Source: the human T2T-CHM13v2.0 reference genome, Homo sapiens. From it: DNA of 64,000 nucleotides. Shown one piece after another: positions 14,140 through 31,799 of this stretch. A program made the position numbers and the translations under genes. How positions within the stretch are numbered: position 1 is the first letter of the stretch; each line of letters starts with the position of its first letter. The notes beneath the pieces are model-generated. The model saw nothing but the letters and a program-made list of their open reading frames with translations. It searched no databases and had not been told where the DNA came from. The stretch lies in NCBI RefSeq assembly GCF_009914755.1, contig NC_060927.1; one strand, written 5' to 3'.

Positions 14140-14596
14140 AGTGATATGCGTCCTGGTTACTGCGTTTGTCCCTCTAAAGCAGCTATCTCTGCCTTGATTT
14201 AGGCCCCTGTGAATGGGATCACCCAGGCTTTCTTGCCATCTGGTTTCCGATGGGAAGCACTGGCAGAAGATTGGAAGGCAGGAGGAGAGAGAGGTTGGGA
14301 TATGCTGCTTTAATAGACATTATAAGACCTTCCAGGTCTATAGTTTCCCTGAGGAGACAGTCTCCATGGTTGCGTCCCTCACTGGATTTTAGTAACATTA
14401 TTTCCTCCCCTTGTTAAGGTCACCCAGTGACTTCCCAGTCTCAGCCCTGGGAGCTCTTCTAGTTTTTGTGTAGCTCATTATCTTTCGTTTTTTTTCCTTT
14501 AGCCGTGGCCATAATTCTCTGTTGTCTTTTCCTTAAAATCTTTCATTTGAGCCATCTGTATTGCATGTTTTTCCTTATGGGACTCTGATTTATGCA
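14140..14596 (+). mobile_element. LTR33-like (ERVL) LTR
   Basis: ATGGGAAGCACTGGCAGAAGATTGGAAGGCAGGAGGAGAGAGAGG core and GGGACTCTGATTTATGCA terminus. Confidence 0.6.
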
Positions 14597-14884
14597 ACAT
14601 ATATGATTTAAAGTAAAGAGCATGGTTTTCTTGTCTGTCTCAGTCTTGGCTTGTATGATGGTGTCTAGAGTGGCACACCCAAATTGTGAACCATAGCAAA
14701 CCTCAGAATGGCTTTCTGGGATAACCACTTAAAAAGAAGATCTCTTGGGGTGTATAAATTCTGGTATGTCTGTTACGGTTTTTATTTATTTTTTAAAATT
14801 TATTGTAACTCTTCACATTTAGTAAAAAACTTAAAGAATACCTTGTGTAATATTTGATTTAGAAAATGGTTTTCTGTATCTGGA

Positions 14885-15215
14885 CACAAAATGTGTCCCC
14901 CATAAGTTCATGTGTTGGAAACTTAATCCCTCTGCCTGCATGAATGGATTGATGTTGCTATCACTGGAGTGGGTTTGTTACTGAAGTAGTGGCTTTGTTA
15001 TAAGAGCAAGTGCTCTCTTGCTCTCTGGCTCTTGCCCCCTGGCCATGTGATGATTTCTTCTATGTTATGACACAGCAAGAAGGCCCTCACAAGATGCTGG
15101 TGAAACACTGTTGGACCTTCCAGCCTCCAGAACAGTAAACTAAATAAACTTCTTTACTTTATACATTATTAAGTCTGTGTTATTCTGTCATAGCAACAGA
15201 AAACAGACTAAGACA
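14885..15215 (+). mobile_element. MST-family MaLR LTR (MSTC/D-like)
   Basis: GCAAGAAGGCCCTCAC..GATGCTGG and CCAGCCTCCAGAAC; ends TAGCAACAGAAAACAGACTAAGACA. Confidence 0.85.
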
Positions 15216-15773
15216 AATGGCATGGCACATTTTGTAATGGAAACCATATTAGACAAAGAATAGAGGCCCGAATTTCATTTCTTGCTGTCTGATGTTAGGC
15301 TAGCCCCATGAGCTCTCTGGTCCCCTTTGCTTCCTTTTTTAAATCTGTGAAAGGAGACACTGGGTTGTTTTCCTAGTCCTATGTTTTTGTGATGTTGCAC
15401 TTTTGTCTCTAGTGTAAGAATGTTTATATTCACATGTTTGGGTGTTGTTTGTCTTTGCTTTATATTTACAGGCTGTTTTTTTAGGTCTAGGTAGCAAGTC
15501 TCTCATGCAGGAATAAAAAGAGAAGCTGACCAGCCTAGCAGAGCATCATATACTATGAATCCTCTGAAGGTTGTGACAGGAACTCATAGCATATATGGAC
15601 ATTCCCTTATTTTGCAGGCCTTTGGGGAAGTATTTAAATCACGTAGCATTCAGTGCCTCTGGTAGCTGCAGATGGGATACCAAAACAAGTTCCACTGGAA
15701 GCACGTGGCTCATTTTCAACCGTGTTCAGCATTGAAGACAATCTGTTCCTCTTCTCTGCCTGCTCAGTTCCCC

Positions 15774-15798
15774 CTCCAGGCTCCAGGCTCCAGGCTCC
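15774..15798. repeat. (CTCCAGG)3.5 short tandem repeat
   Basis: Read directly. Confidence 0.85.
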
Positions 15799-16682
15799 CC
15801 TCCCTCCCTCTGCAGTTATTTCCCAGGCACGACTAGAGGGAGCTCCAGACTAAATTGCTTTCTACTCTTGCATCTTTGTATGTGTCAGATGAGATCAGAT
15901 TCAAACCAGTTTCCATTCTCTGCAGTGCTGATTCAAATCAAATCAAAATATCTGTTCCTTGGGAAATGATTGGAAGTACACTTACATGACTGTGTCCCCT
16001 AATGGTCCTGTCATCCAGTCCCGAGGGCAAGGATACAAGGGGAGTTGATGAATCAGAATTACTTTCCCGATGAATCTTTTCCTGTGCCTCTGCTTCCAGG
16101 TTGGTCTACGAGACATCTCAAAATCAAGAAGGGGAACATGGGTCTTACCTGGAATTCTGACTTTCTCCAGTCTTTGTCTTTCAAACTGTATGAAACTGTA
16201 GGAATTCCTCATGTTCTCTGTCATTTTGCTACCTAGTAAAGGAAAATTGTCTTTGAGGAATTTCTACTCAAAACCATGAAACTATAGATTTTTGTTTGTC
16301 AGTGCTGGACACTTTAACGTCCTCTTTATCTATCTTTGTGCTTTATTTTGCTACAATCTCCTTAAGCAATAATATTTTTTCTTTTTAGAAAATTGAAGTA
16401 ATTGAGCTATGTTGGGTTCTTCTGAAATCCACAGGGTGTCTCTCTTTCTCTGGAAGAAAAAAAAACAAAAAAAAAAAAAAAAGAGAAGGTTTACCTAAAC
16501 CTTGTTCTCTTTCCTTTATTCTGTTTTCACACAAATAGCGTATTTATTTATTTATTCATTTTTTTTACACACACCTTTTTAGATACTAAGAAAACTTTGG
16601 TACGAAATCTCTTCTTACAATAGTCAGTCGAGACAAAATGTTAGTTTGTTTTCCCCTGATCTTTTGAGATCATTTTCCAGGG

Positions 16683-16840
16683 AATGCACAGGAATAAATG
16701 CACAGGAATAAATGCACAGGAATAAATGCACAGGAATAAATGCACAGGAATAAATGCACAGGAATAAATGCACAGGAATAAATGCACAGGAATAAATGCA
16801 CAGGAATAAATGCACAGGAATAAATGCACAGGAATAAATG
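16683..16840. repeat. Minisatellite (AATGCACAGGAATA)x11 plus AATG, all copies identical
   Basis: 14-bp period read directly; it explains the repetitive ORFs at 16624-16945. Confidence 0.98.
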
Positions 16841-16961
16841 TTGGCTTTGTTTGAGGACCTTTGTTCCTTCTCTCATACAGGGATGATGTCTCTTCCATGA
16901 ATGAGGGGAAAGGTGTTTTTTAGCATTTTCTCTTGTCTCTACCACAAACCAGCTTGTTCTT

Positions 16962-17115
<154 letters not shown>

Positions 17116-17689
17116 CACAAACCAGCTTGTTCTTAAAGAAAACAGAAGATGAAAGGGAAACAAGGCCAAGTAACATCTCTGCAGAGTTCCTCTGCTGTCT
17201 CATTCGCTGGGCAGGCTCATTCCTGATAGGTTCGCATGCTCACTAGTGTCCCATCCCATCACCTGGAGAAAATTTAAAAAATAAAAGGGAAAATGAAAGG
17301 ATCATTCTTTTTGGTCATGGCCACTGGGATGACAAGTGAAATGCACAGAAACTATGTGTCCCTGCTGAGCAGGACAGTGAAATGTCTTGGAACAGAGATG
17401 GTTGGCAGGGGTCTGCCCAGGTGACAGCACTAGACAAGAGGACCAGGATACATATTACTTGACTGTTCATATAAATGTAATATAATCATATGAAGTGGGG
17501 ATTTAGGAGAAAATAAAATACTTTCCTTGCACCTAATGCTAAGGATGATGTTTGCTATCAATAGGTGCATCAAGACTGGACAGCAGGAATCATGCTGGAC
17601 AGTAACCCTGCACCTGGTTTCTACCCTCAGAAATTTTCTATCCTTTCTGGAGTGAGTTAAGAAAAGAGTTACTTTGCTGGTTCTCATTT

Positions 17690-18055
17690 GGACAGCTGTT
17701 TGTTTGTCTGCCCAGTATCCAATCTCCTTTTTAATGTTAAGGGGGAGACACTTTACGTTTTGAGAGGACTGTCAGTCAGGGTGCCCTCCCTCTCCTGGAC
17801 AAGGAGTAAACATGCAAACCAAGCTCTGTTCGGAGTTTGATCCCTGAAGAGTAACTCAAAGAAAGAAGATAATTGATCTTGATTCTTCCTACTGGCTGAC
17901 TGCGAAGGGAGTGTCCAGTGTACCTGATTTTCCTGAACTGCCTTGCGTCAGAGCCTTTCCAAAGCTTGGTTCTGACATTCTGTTGGACTCTACGACCTAC
18001 TAAAAATCCTTTCAATAACTTAAATGGCCCCAAGTTAATTTTTGTGGCTTACTTT
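17690..18055 (+). mobile_element. Old ERVL LTR (LTR16-like)
   Basis: TTGTCTGCCCAGTATCC start; CTTGGTTCTGACATTC and CCTTTCAATAAC near the end; heavily degraded. Confidence 0.4.
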
Positions 18056-19549
18056 CCCTTTCCCCCAAGGATTAACTGCTCTATTCATCTTTTTAAACAT
18101 TTCTTTAGCCCACCTTACATATTGCTTTCTAAACAATCCTACTCCATTGCTGAGACATCCTTGTTAAAAATCGTCAATGCTTTCAGTTCCGCACTGGTCT
18201 GTGTCTGAATTCTTCAGCTGGACTTCTTATACTTCTCAAAAGCTATCTCTACTTTCCTTCAAATTAGAAAGGAGGAGTCAAATGATATAGGCAGTCATTA
18301 GAATGGGAACTGGAGAAATAACATTGGGGAACTGGCAACGGGTGTCTCAGTGTTTTTCCTCTAAAAATGTGGATGCAAAAGTAAATAAGATGTAAGACCC
18401 TTTCTCTTACGTTCTATGCTTCAAATCTTGTCCCATCTTGATTTTTCCTATTGACATGCAATGGGAATATAGCAACTTGGGGCAGAGAGGAACATATATA
18501 TCTGGCTGCCAGTCTTTGGGCCTCTGCACAGCAAAAATTTTAGTCTATGAAAATCTGAGTGTCAAATCAGTGTCTGTGCAGGGAAAGCACAACCATTGCC
18601 CGTAAGTACTAGTCATTCTACCATTTGACAATCTTTGGATATGTTCGAGCTTGCTGTCCCAACACTACATTCATCATCTCTCAGTGATTTTGCTCAGATG
18701 TTCCTAACTTCAAGTTTTATGCCTTTCTGTGCTTTCTTCATCCACATATTGTATGCTCTCCCTCTCCATTGGTTTGAGACCTGTTCTGGGAGTTAGTTGG
18801 TCCAATGGAAGAGGCCAGGAGAGATCTATTGCTTGCTTGGATGAAAAGGTGGTTTAAGTGTTTGTGACTTTCGTTGTTGAACTAGAAACACCATTCTTCA
18901 AGGGAAAGTAAGTGATCATGTTTCAGTGTCTAACTTTGGCATCTTTTTCTAATGGCTCAATGTCAAGTTCATGCTAAAGTCTTTGCTTTCTGGGTTTTAT
19001 TTTATTAAATCTTACCACATTTTTTTTTTCTTTGTGGTCCATTAAACTATCATTCCTGGACCTGGGAAATCATTTAAAATTATCTGTGCAGTAAGAGAGT
19101 AAAAATGCATCAGTTGGATTTGAGCTATTTTCATGAGAAATCTGTCAGTCACAGTGATGGACAGGAAGTATATTTCTTCCAAATAAATTTCTCCCTCACT
19201 TTCACCTTGTGCTTTTCATTTGTTTCAGCCTTCTGATGGCTGGCAGGAACTTCAGTTTTTATATAGGAATGGCTCTGTGTTGGGTGCAAAAATTCCTCTT
19301 TCTCATTCTCTTTTCCATGTAAAAACATTGAAATTTATTATTTTTCTGTTGTCAAATTGCATGATCTATTAACTGAAAATATGAGTACTGATTTTTCTTC
19401 CCTGAGGTGCTTGTGGATAAAGTGTAGTTTACACTTGAGGTTATGTTAACAGAGCTTGCTGCCAACTGACCTCTCCATTCAATGCAAAGTTAGGCATGCA
19501 ATGAGGAAAGATTTACTCATCCTTTCCAGTAGGTCATTTGGGTTGAGTC

Positions 19550-20640
19550 ATCCATTCATTATTTTTCATTCTTTAAACAAATATCTACTGAGTGTCTACC
19601 ATATGTCAGACACTGCAGTAGGCATTGGGTATATGACTGGTGAACATAATAAGGATCAGTTTCTACCTTCTTTGAACTCGATGGGAGAATATTAAATAAT
19701 CACATATTAGTTATTTATTGGTATATAAAAATTATGCCCAAACTTACCAGCTTAAAACAACGAACATCTATTATCATTCAGTTTCTGAGGGTCACGAAAC
19801 TGGGCATAGCTTAGCTGAGTGGTTTTGATTCAGAGATTATTTTGAGAATGTAATCAAGCTGTAGGCCAGGGCTGCAGTTTCTGAAAACTTGACTAGGATT
19901 AGATTATGCACTTCCAAGCTCACGCATGTGGTGGCTGGCAGGAAGCTTAAGTCCCTCACCATGTGTGTCTCTCCATGGTTGCTCACGATATACCTTCCCT
20001 CAGAGAAAGTGATGAGAGACAGAGGTCAAGAATAAACTGGCAGACTTTTAAAACCGAATCTCAGAAGGGACATATCAAATTTCTACCATGTTCTATCACA
20101 CAAATCAATCCTGGAACAAAGTAGGAAGGGAGTACATAAGGGGGCCACTCCAAGGAGGCAAGGATCATTGGGCACCATCTTGAAAGCCTGCTACTAAAAA
20201 CCATATAAATAAAAATCTAAAATACAGTATATTAAGTGCTAAAAAGGACATTGTTTTTTTAAAAAAGAAATTGAGAGTAGAATAAGAGGATTTGAATTGT
20301 CAGTTGGATTAGGAACTCTTCCCTAAAAAAAAAAAAAAAAAAAAAGTGAGGATTGAGCTGAAATTTGAAGGGTGAATAAATAGGTGTTAACTAGGAGAAG
20401 ATAACACAGAAGAATGATGCAGGCAGAGGACATAGCATGTACAAGGGCCCTGCGAAGAGAAGAAACATAATGCTTCTAAGGGACTGAGAGAAAGCCAGAG
20501 TAGAAAGAATGGAGAGTAGAAGGAGGCACAGCACTCAGTGAGGGCCACACTGTGCAAAACACTTAGGCCATGCTGCCATTGTGGTCTTCATTCTAATTAC
20601 TTCAATGGAAAGAGCTTAATCAGACCAGTCACTTAGACTT
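19550..20640 (-). mobile_element. L2 3' region, split by MLT1 at 19705-20197
   Basis: CATTCATT...AACAAATATCTACTGAGTGTCTACCATATGTCAGACACTG; resumes with GAGCTGAAATTTGAAGG and CAGGCAGAGGACATAGCATGTACAAGGGCCCTG. Confidence 0.75.
19705..20197 (-). mobile_element. MLT1F/G-like MaLR LTR
   Basis: CCCAAACTTACCAGCTTAAAACAAC, GCTTAGCTGAGTGGTT and GGATCATTGGGCACCATCTT. Confidence 0.8.
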
Positions 20641-20654
20641 GTTTTTTTTTTTTT

Positions 20655-21637
<983 letters not shown>

Positions 21638-22459
21638 ATGTTGAGCTTTTCGAGGAATCATCAGGTTCCACAGTGGCAAGACTGGTTACCTTTTGAAAAA
21701 CTCACCCTGGCTGCAGGGTGGGGACCTGATCAAAGCAGTTTTAACTGGGGGTGTCAGTAGATTCATAGGTAGGGTCAGATGGCTGTGGTGAGGCGGAATT
21801 GATCTTTTTGAATTGCAATACATATCATAAAGCCTTAAATGTACATGACCAAGGAGGCATGTATCATGGTCAAAGTATCATTGAAGATGGAATCTACAGA
21901 TAGATAGTCATTTGAGGCTTGGCTGAGATACTCACTAACTGTGTAATACTCTGGCAGCCTAAGTTGCTGTTCTGGACCTTGGCCTTCTTGCAAGAAAGCA
22001 TAATGGCTCATATTAGTTATCCTTTGTCAGGAGGAGCCTGTGATTGGATAGGTGAATGGCTTGGGAGAAATCAAACCCTATTGCCAAAAGAACATAAGGA
22101 TTCTGCAGAGTACTAAGCAATTAAATTCAAAGGTTTTATGTGAACATGGGAAGCTGATAAGTTTTGTTTTGTGACTGTGTATCAAAGTGATGGAAATATT
22201 TGAATTTAAAGGAAAGTTCAGGAATACATCTTTTGGGGAAAAACACACCTGTACTTTTACCTTGCCCGCTCTGCGATCATTCTTTTTGTTTGTCTAATAT
22301 GACACATAGTTGTCATTTTATAAAATCTTTCTTTAAAGGGCGAGATAATTGTCTTACATTTCTTGCCCAGTGTCTCATGCATAGAAGACATTTGTTAAAT
22401 GCTCTATTTGTTAAATATCTGAGTGAATGTGACAGTGGAGAGAAAGGGCAACAGTCCTA

Positions 22460-22833
<374 letters not shown>

Positions 22834-24136
22834 AAGAATTTTGAATCTTTGGAGAATATTGGGTAGAAATAGAAAAGGACCTGTGGGAAACAATGGGTCT
22901 TCTGTGTTCTCTCCTATTCAGAAGATGTCAATAATTATGTGTTCTCATTTAGCCATCATGTAATTTTCTTACCTTAAAGAAGTTTTATTTTTACTTAACA
23001 AAGTTGAGATCATAGACCATCTTATACTTCACTGTTTCCCCGTTGGATAAACATGGAAATGAACAGCATTTTATGAAATGATTGATGTTCTTTTGCTACC
23101 AGAGTGTTGCACTTGTTCAGAATTATGAATATATTCATGCTTGGGTCCGCTATAAACAGGAGTATAAAATTTTAAACTTTTTACTCTGAATTTGGTCACT
23201 GAGCCAACAACGGAGATACCAAAATTATAGTCTTGCTTTTTCCTCCTGTTTTCCAATTGGTCCCTGGGCCTTGGGTTGTGGGAGAAAGTAGCAGATATTG
23301 AAGAAACACTACCAGGTAGAACTGGAGCCCCATTTATGTCTCAGACAGAGAGGATTAGCTTCAGGAGTTCTCACCTTTCTCAGGCCTCGATACCTTTGTT
23401 ACAAGGATTTTGGATGATGTGGTACAATTTTATAGTTTTAAACCCTGCACCACCCTACTTATATTCCCTCTTATTAGCTTTTGTTAAGCCAAAAAGAAAA
23501 AAAAAGGAAATAATTTCTACTTGAGAGAAGAGATCGTAGTTGTGAAGTGAAGCCACTTTATCAGAAGGCTTGGGCATTATGTAGGGATCTTGTTGGCCTA
23601 GATGCTGATGTAGACCCTCACTGAGTCTCATTGTCATCATGTTTTGCAAGGCTGTCTGGCCTTGCTTAGGCTGTACTTCTGCGGTTACATGCTTAGATCT
23701 CCTAAAAATTCAAAGCTCTCAGCAGGTTTGTGAGCACTTTTTCAGAGTTGATAAAAAATGTAATAAAGTTTCGTTAAAATGTGTAATATATACGTATATA
23801 GAAAATTCATGTAGTAACTAGATACATATATTTGCAGTGATGGTATTTATTACTTAATGCTTATATGCTTTGTTTAGGAATTACTAAAAACCTCTGTCAT
23901 TTTTATAATTAAAATGTCATGTTACATTTGCATATTATATATGCATGTGGCTGCATTTTCTGGAACAAAACTTGGCATATATAATTAGACTGGTAAAAAG
24001 ATATTAGTAGATATGAGTTCCATAGGAGCAAATATGTGAAGTCCCTATTCTGAAAAACTAGGACTTTTGAGCCCTGCCAATTATGTATGTGAAAGTTTTG
24101 TTAGTCTCAGTTTAAATTTTAGGGATAAACGCTGAT

Positions 24137-24238
24137 TTCCTTCCTTCCTTCATTCCTTCCTTCCTTCCTATCTACCTACCTACCTACCTACCTTCCTTTC
24201 TTTCTCTTTCTTTCCTTTCTTTCTTTCTTTCTTTTCCC
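24137..24238. repeat. Compound (TTCC)n(CCTA)n(CTTT)n pyrimidine tract
   Basis: Read directly. Confidence 0.9.
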
Positions 24239-25399
24239 AGTGGTTACATTGCAGGTTCAGAAAAACACCGTCACATATTCTGTCTATTGGTAGGAATTAA
24301 AACCCTTCAAGGTCACAAGTGGGTCTTTGAAGCCTAGAGGTCCCCCAGGGGCTTTGTGAATCAAGTTGCTCACAAGCAGCTTTTCCATTTTCTACTTGTT
24401 CTACATGTGAAGGTATCAGTGACATGGTCAGGGGACTAACTAGCTTTAAGCAGGAGTCATTTATGAAGGCAAAACACTGGAGGGCAAATTCCCTCTCACA
24501 CTCTGCAGCACTGGAGAATGAGAGCCACTCGGAGTCACAAGGAATAAAGTTTTGTGACTGAACAACCAAGCTCTCTGTCAAGAACAACAAAAAGTAAAGC
24601 ACCAAAGCTATTGCTGAAGGCGTCAGCAAGCTTCCACTGAATTGAGTGCAAAGTAGAAAATACTCAGAGGTCTGACAATTTAAAGTGCAGTATGAAACAA
24701 GTTCAGGACTCATGGTTTATATGAGCAAAGATTGCTTTTCCCTCCAGGCTAATGACTCTCAGAAGTCCTGATTAAAATTTTATTTCAGTTTGTCTCATTT
24801 TATAAGTAGGATGTTTGTGGCATTAATGTGATTTCTGTTCCATTTCACCCATCAGTTTGAGTTTACAATATTAGAAATCTACCTAGATGAAGAAAGTCTT
24901 TTATATATTTAATCAAATCACCTGAGTAGATTACTGATGGTATAAGCAAGTTGGTTTTTAACATATCCGAATATATTTTAATGTGAACATAAAACCATTG
25001 AGGGTTTTTAAAATACTTTTGTACTTTTAACAGAAACTAGGATGTGTTTGCTGAAAATTAAAAACTATTTTTTAAAGAAAATTTTGATTGGGCCTATGGA
25101 AATCAGCCAACAAATTATTGAGAGCACACATCTTTTAAGAAGTAGGAAAATGTTTCATGTATGCATAAATATTTAATTTGAAATACTAGTTTCCTTTTCT
25201 TTTCTTACTGTTACCACATTTATGACTACAGGTAAGCTTGGTGCTTCATCAGGTTTCACTTCCACTCAGTTGGGTGTGTACATTTGTGAATGTGTGAGTT
25301 GGGGTGGGACAGACAGGTTTTGAAGACCTTCATAGTTTGAGGACTAGGAAGAAAGAGAGACATCCTGGGAGGGTGGGAAGAGCCTGTATTTTGCAGTGG

Positions 25400-25850
25400 T
25401 GGTTCTAGTTATTTATTGCTTTGTAACAAATTATGTCAAAACTTAGTGGCTTAATACAAACAACAGTCAACTGGCTTGCCAATAAATCTGCAATTTGGAT
25501 GGGCCTCACAGCGAGTGACTTGTCTCTGCTCAGATTGGATGACTTAAATTGCTAGAGGCATTTCTCTCCATGTAGTTTCAGGCCTTCTCTCTATTTCTCC
25601 ATCTTGTCCCTCTCCAAGGTGGCTTTGAGGTAGTTGGATGCGGTTGCTCACATCTCCAAGGATAAATATTCTGGAGACCCAGGTGGAAGTGGCAAGGCCT
25701 TTTATAATCTAGTCTTGGAAGTCACTCAGCATCTCTTCCACCGTATCCAACAGGTACATCAGGCTGGCTTTGACTTGTGTGGAGGGGGATCATAGAAGAG
25801 TGTGAGTATCAGAGGTGCAGATGATTGGGGGACCACCTTGAAAGTTAACA
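25400..25850 (-). mobile_element. MLT1 (H/J-like) MaLR LTR
   Basis: GTAACAAATTATGTCAAAACTTAGTGGCTTAA and GGTGGAAGTGGCAAGGCCTTTTATAATCTAGTCTTGGAAGTCAC. Confidence 0.75.
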
Positions 25851-25852
25851 TA

Positions 25853-26080
25853 GGGGTTAAAACAAGACCTCTGGAGCTGGACTACCTGGGTTCAAAGCTG
25901 GGTCCGGCCTTTTAGGCCATGTCACCTTAGACTAATTTTCTCTCTTTGAAGCTTGGTTTCCTTGTCAAAAAAATGGGGGATAGTAGTCATATCTATCTCA
26001 TAGATTGTTATGAAGATTAAATGAGATAGAAGATAGTGTTTGGCCTGTAAAGTGCTCAGTAAAAGTTAATTCTCATTATT
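25853..26080 (+). mobile_element. MIR
   Basis: CTCTGGAGCTGGACTACCTGGGTTCAAA...GATTGTTATGAAGATTAAATGAGATA core. Confidence 0.85.
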
Positions 26081-27925
26081 GTCATTGCTATAATGTCACC
26101 AATATGGTAATTTACATGAAAATGCAAATTTTGGGGGACTGAAGTTTTTTTGGGGGGGTGTATGTCACAGAAGATCACATATTTCCATTTCTGCCCTCTT
26201 ATACTTACCTCACAGGTGAATATTAAAAGAGATGTTTCTACTTTAAGGTAAATTAGGGTGAGGTCATCCACTCTACACAGGTGTCAGACTCACTCTCCTG
26301 ATCCTATGACTGAACAGGAAAGATTATTTCATGTGAATGTAAAATTTATACCTATGTACTTTGCCTAAACTGTCCAGAATAAATGCGAATATATATTTCT
26401 GCTCTTTTTAGAGACCAATACTGTGTTTTGGGCATTGCATGTATAGAAACTACTATGTAGAACAGGGCAAACAATTACATATCATGTACATGTTGAGCAT
26501 GGGCAATGTCACTTCATAGCAAGAGAGAGCTCAGTGTAGTCTATACTCTTATCAATGCGTATCATACATACTTGATGTTGAGAATAATCAGATCCTAAGC
26601 ATATTCAGTTAACCAGAACTGAGCAATGCTCCAACTACAAACAAGGGTTCCTTGATTGTACCCAGCTCTGAAAACCCAGCAACTAAACCAAAATGACTGT
26701 TAATAGAAATTTTTCAGTGGCGTACATCAATTTACAATGAGTGACTCACCTATGGCCAGTGACGTAATGTAAACACTCTCACTGCAATATTACCTCCAAG
26801 CAGGGAAGAATGTGCCAAAGGCAGAGAAAATATGAATACAATGATGTCAACACAAAAGTACATGTCTTTTTGTAAAACTAACTTTTCTTATGGATGACTT
26901 TCACTTAGAACATTGCTGGTTCCAGGGCAGTTCTGAAAATGAGGATTTAAGAAATCCTACTCTCGACAGCAAATAACCCATGGAGCAATATTTTTCATTC
27001 TCTCACTCTCTCTATTTTTATTTTGAACCTCTTAAATGCCCAACTTTCAAAGCATTTCCAGATTTCACATTTATCCAAACACATGTGATAAAATTGAAAT
27101 GAATAGAGGCCCTGAAATATTGTTTTACACAACAGTTCATCATAATATTTACATTTGATGTTACCAAAATACTTCCTTTCCTTTACAGAAACTATAAACC
27201 TGGTTTGGCATTAATACTCATTATCTCTACTTAAATACACCTTTTTTTTTTTTTTTCCTATAGCTGAGGTACAGAAGCCCTATCCAAGTTGTTAATGAAG
27301 TACCTGAGTCCCAGAGGCACCCTGAGCTATAATAGTCTTTGAAATAAGAAGCTTATGAATAATTCAATGCTGTGGCTCCTCTAGTGGTGGGATTATTTCC
27401 TTTAGCACTACAAAATAAAAAATTTAGTGTGTTTTATCTTAGAGGTAGGCAGACTAATGAACTGGAACCAAATTTGGGCCACTGAATTAGCTCTAATGCT
27501 TTTTACCAGATCTAATGGAGGGAAATGAAGAGTCATGCATCTTATTTTTGATAAATCCCACAAATAAATTTGGTTGGAATATACAACAATATTGCTTCTA
27601 TAGTATTGTTCTAAAATTAGGAAGTATTCAATCTGATGTTTGTCATCAAAGATTAAATCTTTCCTGTTACCGAAACTAAATGATTGGTAGATCACTCATC
27701 TCTAAAGGAGCCCGAATAATTGCTTTTATTTAAATAGTAAGAAATTATGGCCTTTGTCATGCATGATGATAAAATTTCCAAAGCCCATAATTCCTGCTTG
27801 GAGTAATCCTCTTATTGCATTTTATTTGAACTGGTCTCAGGGTTATGTTAGCTGATTACCACACGAGTAAATACATACTTCCCTTGCGTAGCAAACATCA
27901 GAGCCCTTTCTAAAAGCATAGGTTG

Positions 27926-28346
<421 letters not shown>

Positions 28347-29074
28347 TTATTTGTTTTGAGCTTCATGGTTTCACTTGTGATCACAAGGCCCTTGAGACAC
28401 ATTAAAGCAGCGCTTTAAAACAGGATGAGTATGGTTCTCATTTTTGGACCTGGGATCTGAGATCAGGTTATTATTATTTATTTTTTCATGATACTTATAA
28501 GTATATTATTATTATTTATTACTTATTTTTTGCATGATTCTTATAAGTATTATATAATGTCAATGTACTAAGTCTGTGACACCAAAGAGATTTCATTTCC
28601 CTTGTATGCAAAAATAATGACAGTGCCAGTCTCCACTCATCTGATTCACAGAGTACCAAAAGTATTCTGAAACCCTGGTTTTACCTTATTTTCACCTTCT
28701 TCAGAAGGGCCTGGGAGTGTTGATGGAAAGATGGAACTGCTTAGGTATGAGGAGCTCTGTCTGTTAAGATTGCTTTCTGCACCACCTGAGGAACCGTGGC
28801 TTAAAATGGTACAGGTTCATTTTCCTTCTTTCTTTTTTCCTTCCTTTGTCCTTCCTCTTTTTCTCCCTCCCTCCCTTCCTTCTTTTTTACTGACTTTTAC
28901 ACAATTTGATGATTTGATTTTTCTAGTGTCAGCGAATTCTGGGAAAAAAAAAAAATAATAATGACCAGTCTGAAGGTAGGTATTTGCTGGCATTGGTTCT
29001 AGTCTTTAACGATGCTGAGGACAGCATCTCTGGAGTTTCCTTGTCGTTTTCCTTATCTTTACCAACCATGGTTG

Positions 29075-31790
<2,716 letters not shown>

Positions 31791-31799
31791 ATGCTTTAT

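Noticed and set aside
16624-16945. Repetitive ORFs (FIPVHLFLCIYSCA)n, or the array as CRISPR-like
   Set aside because: Read-through of a 14-bp tandem repeat; there are no unique spacers and no cas genes, and the DNA is primate.
24190-24260. Long pyrimidine tract ending CCCAG as a splice acceptor
   Set aside because: The tract is a simple-repeat expansion and I found no convincing partner donor.
24297-24713. 138-aa ORF in non-repeat DNA
   Set aside because: No recognisable domain or supporting gene structure; this length is within chance for 64 kb in six frames.
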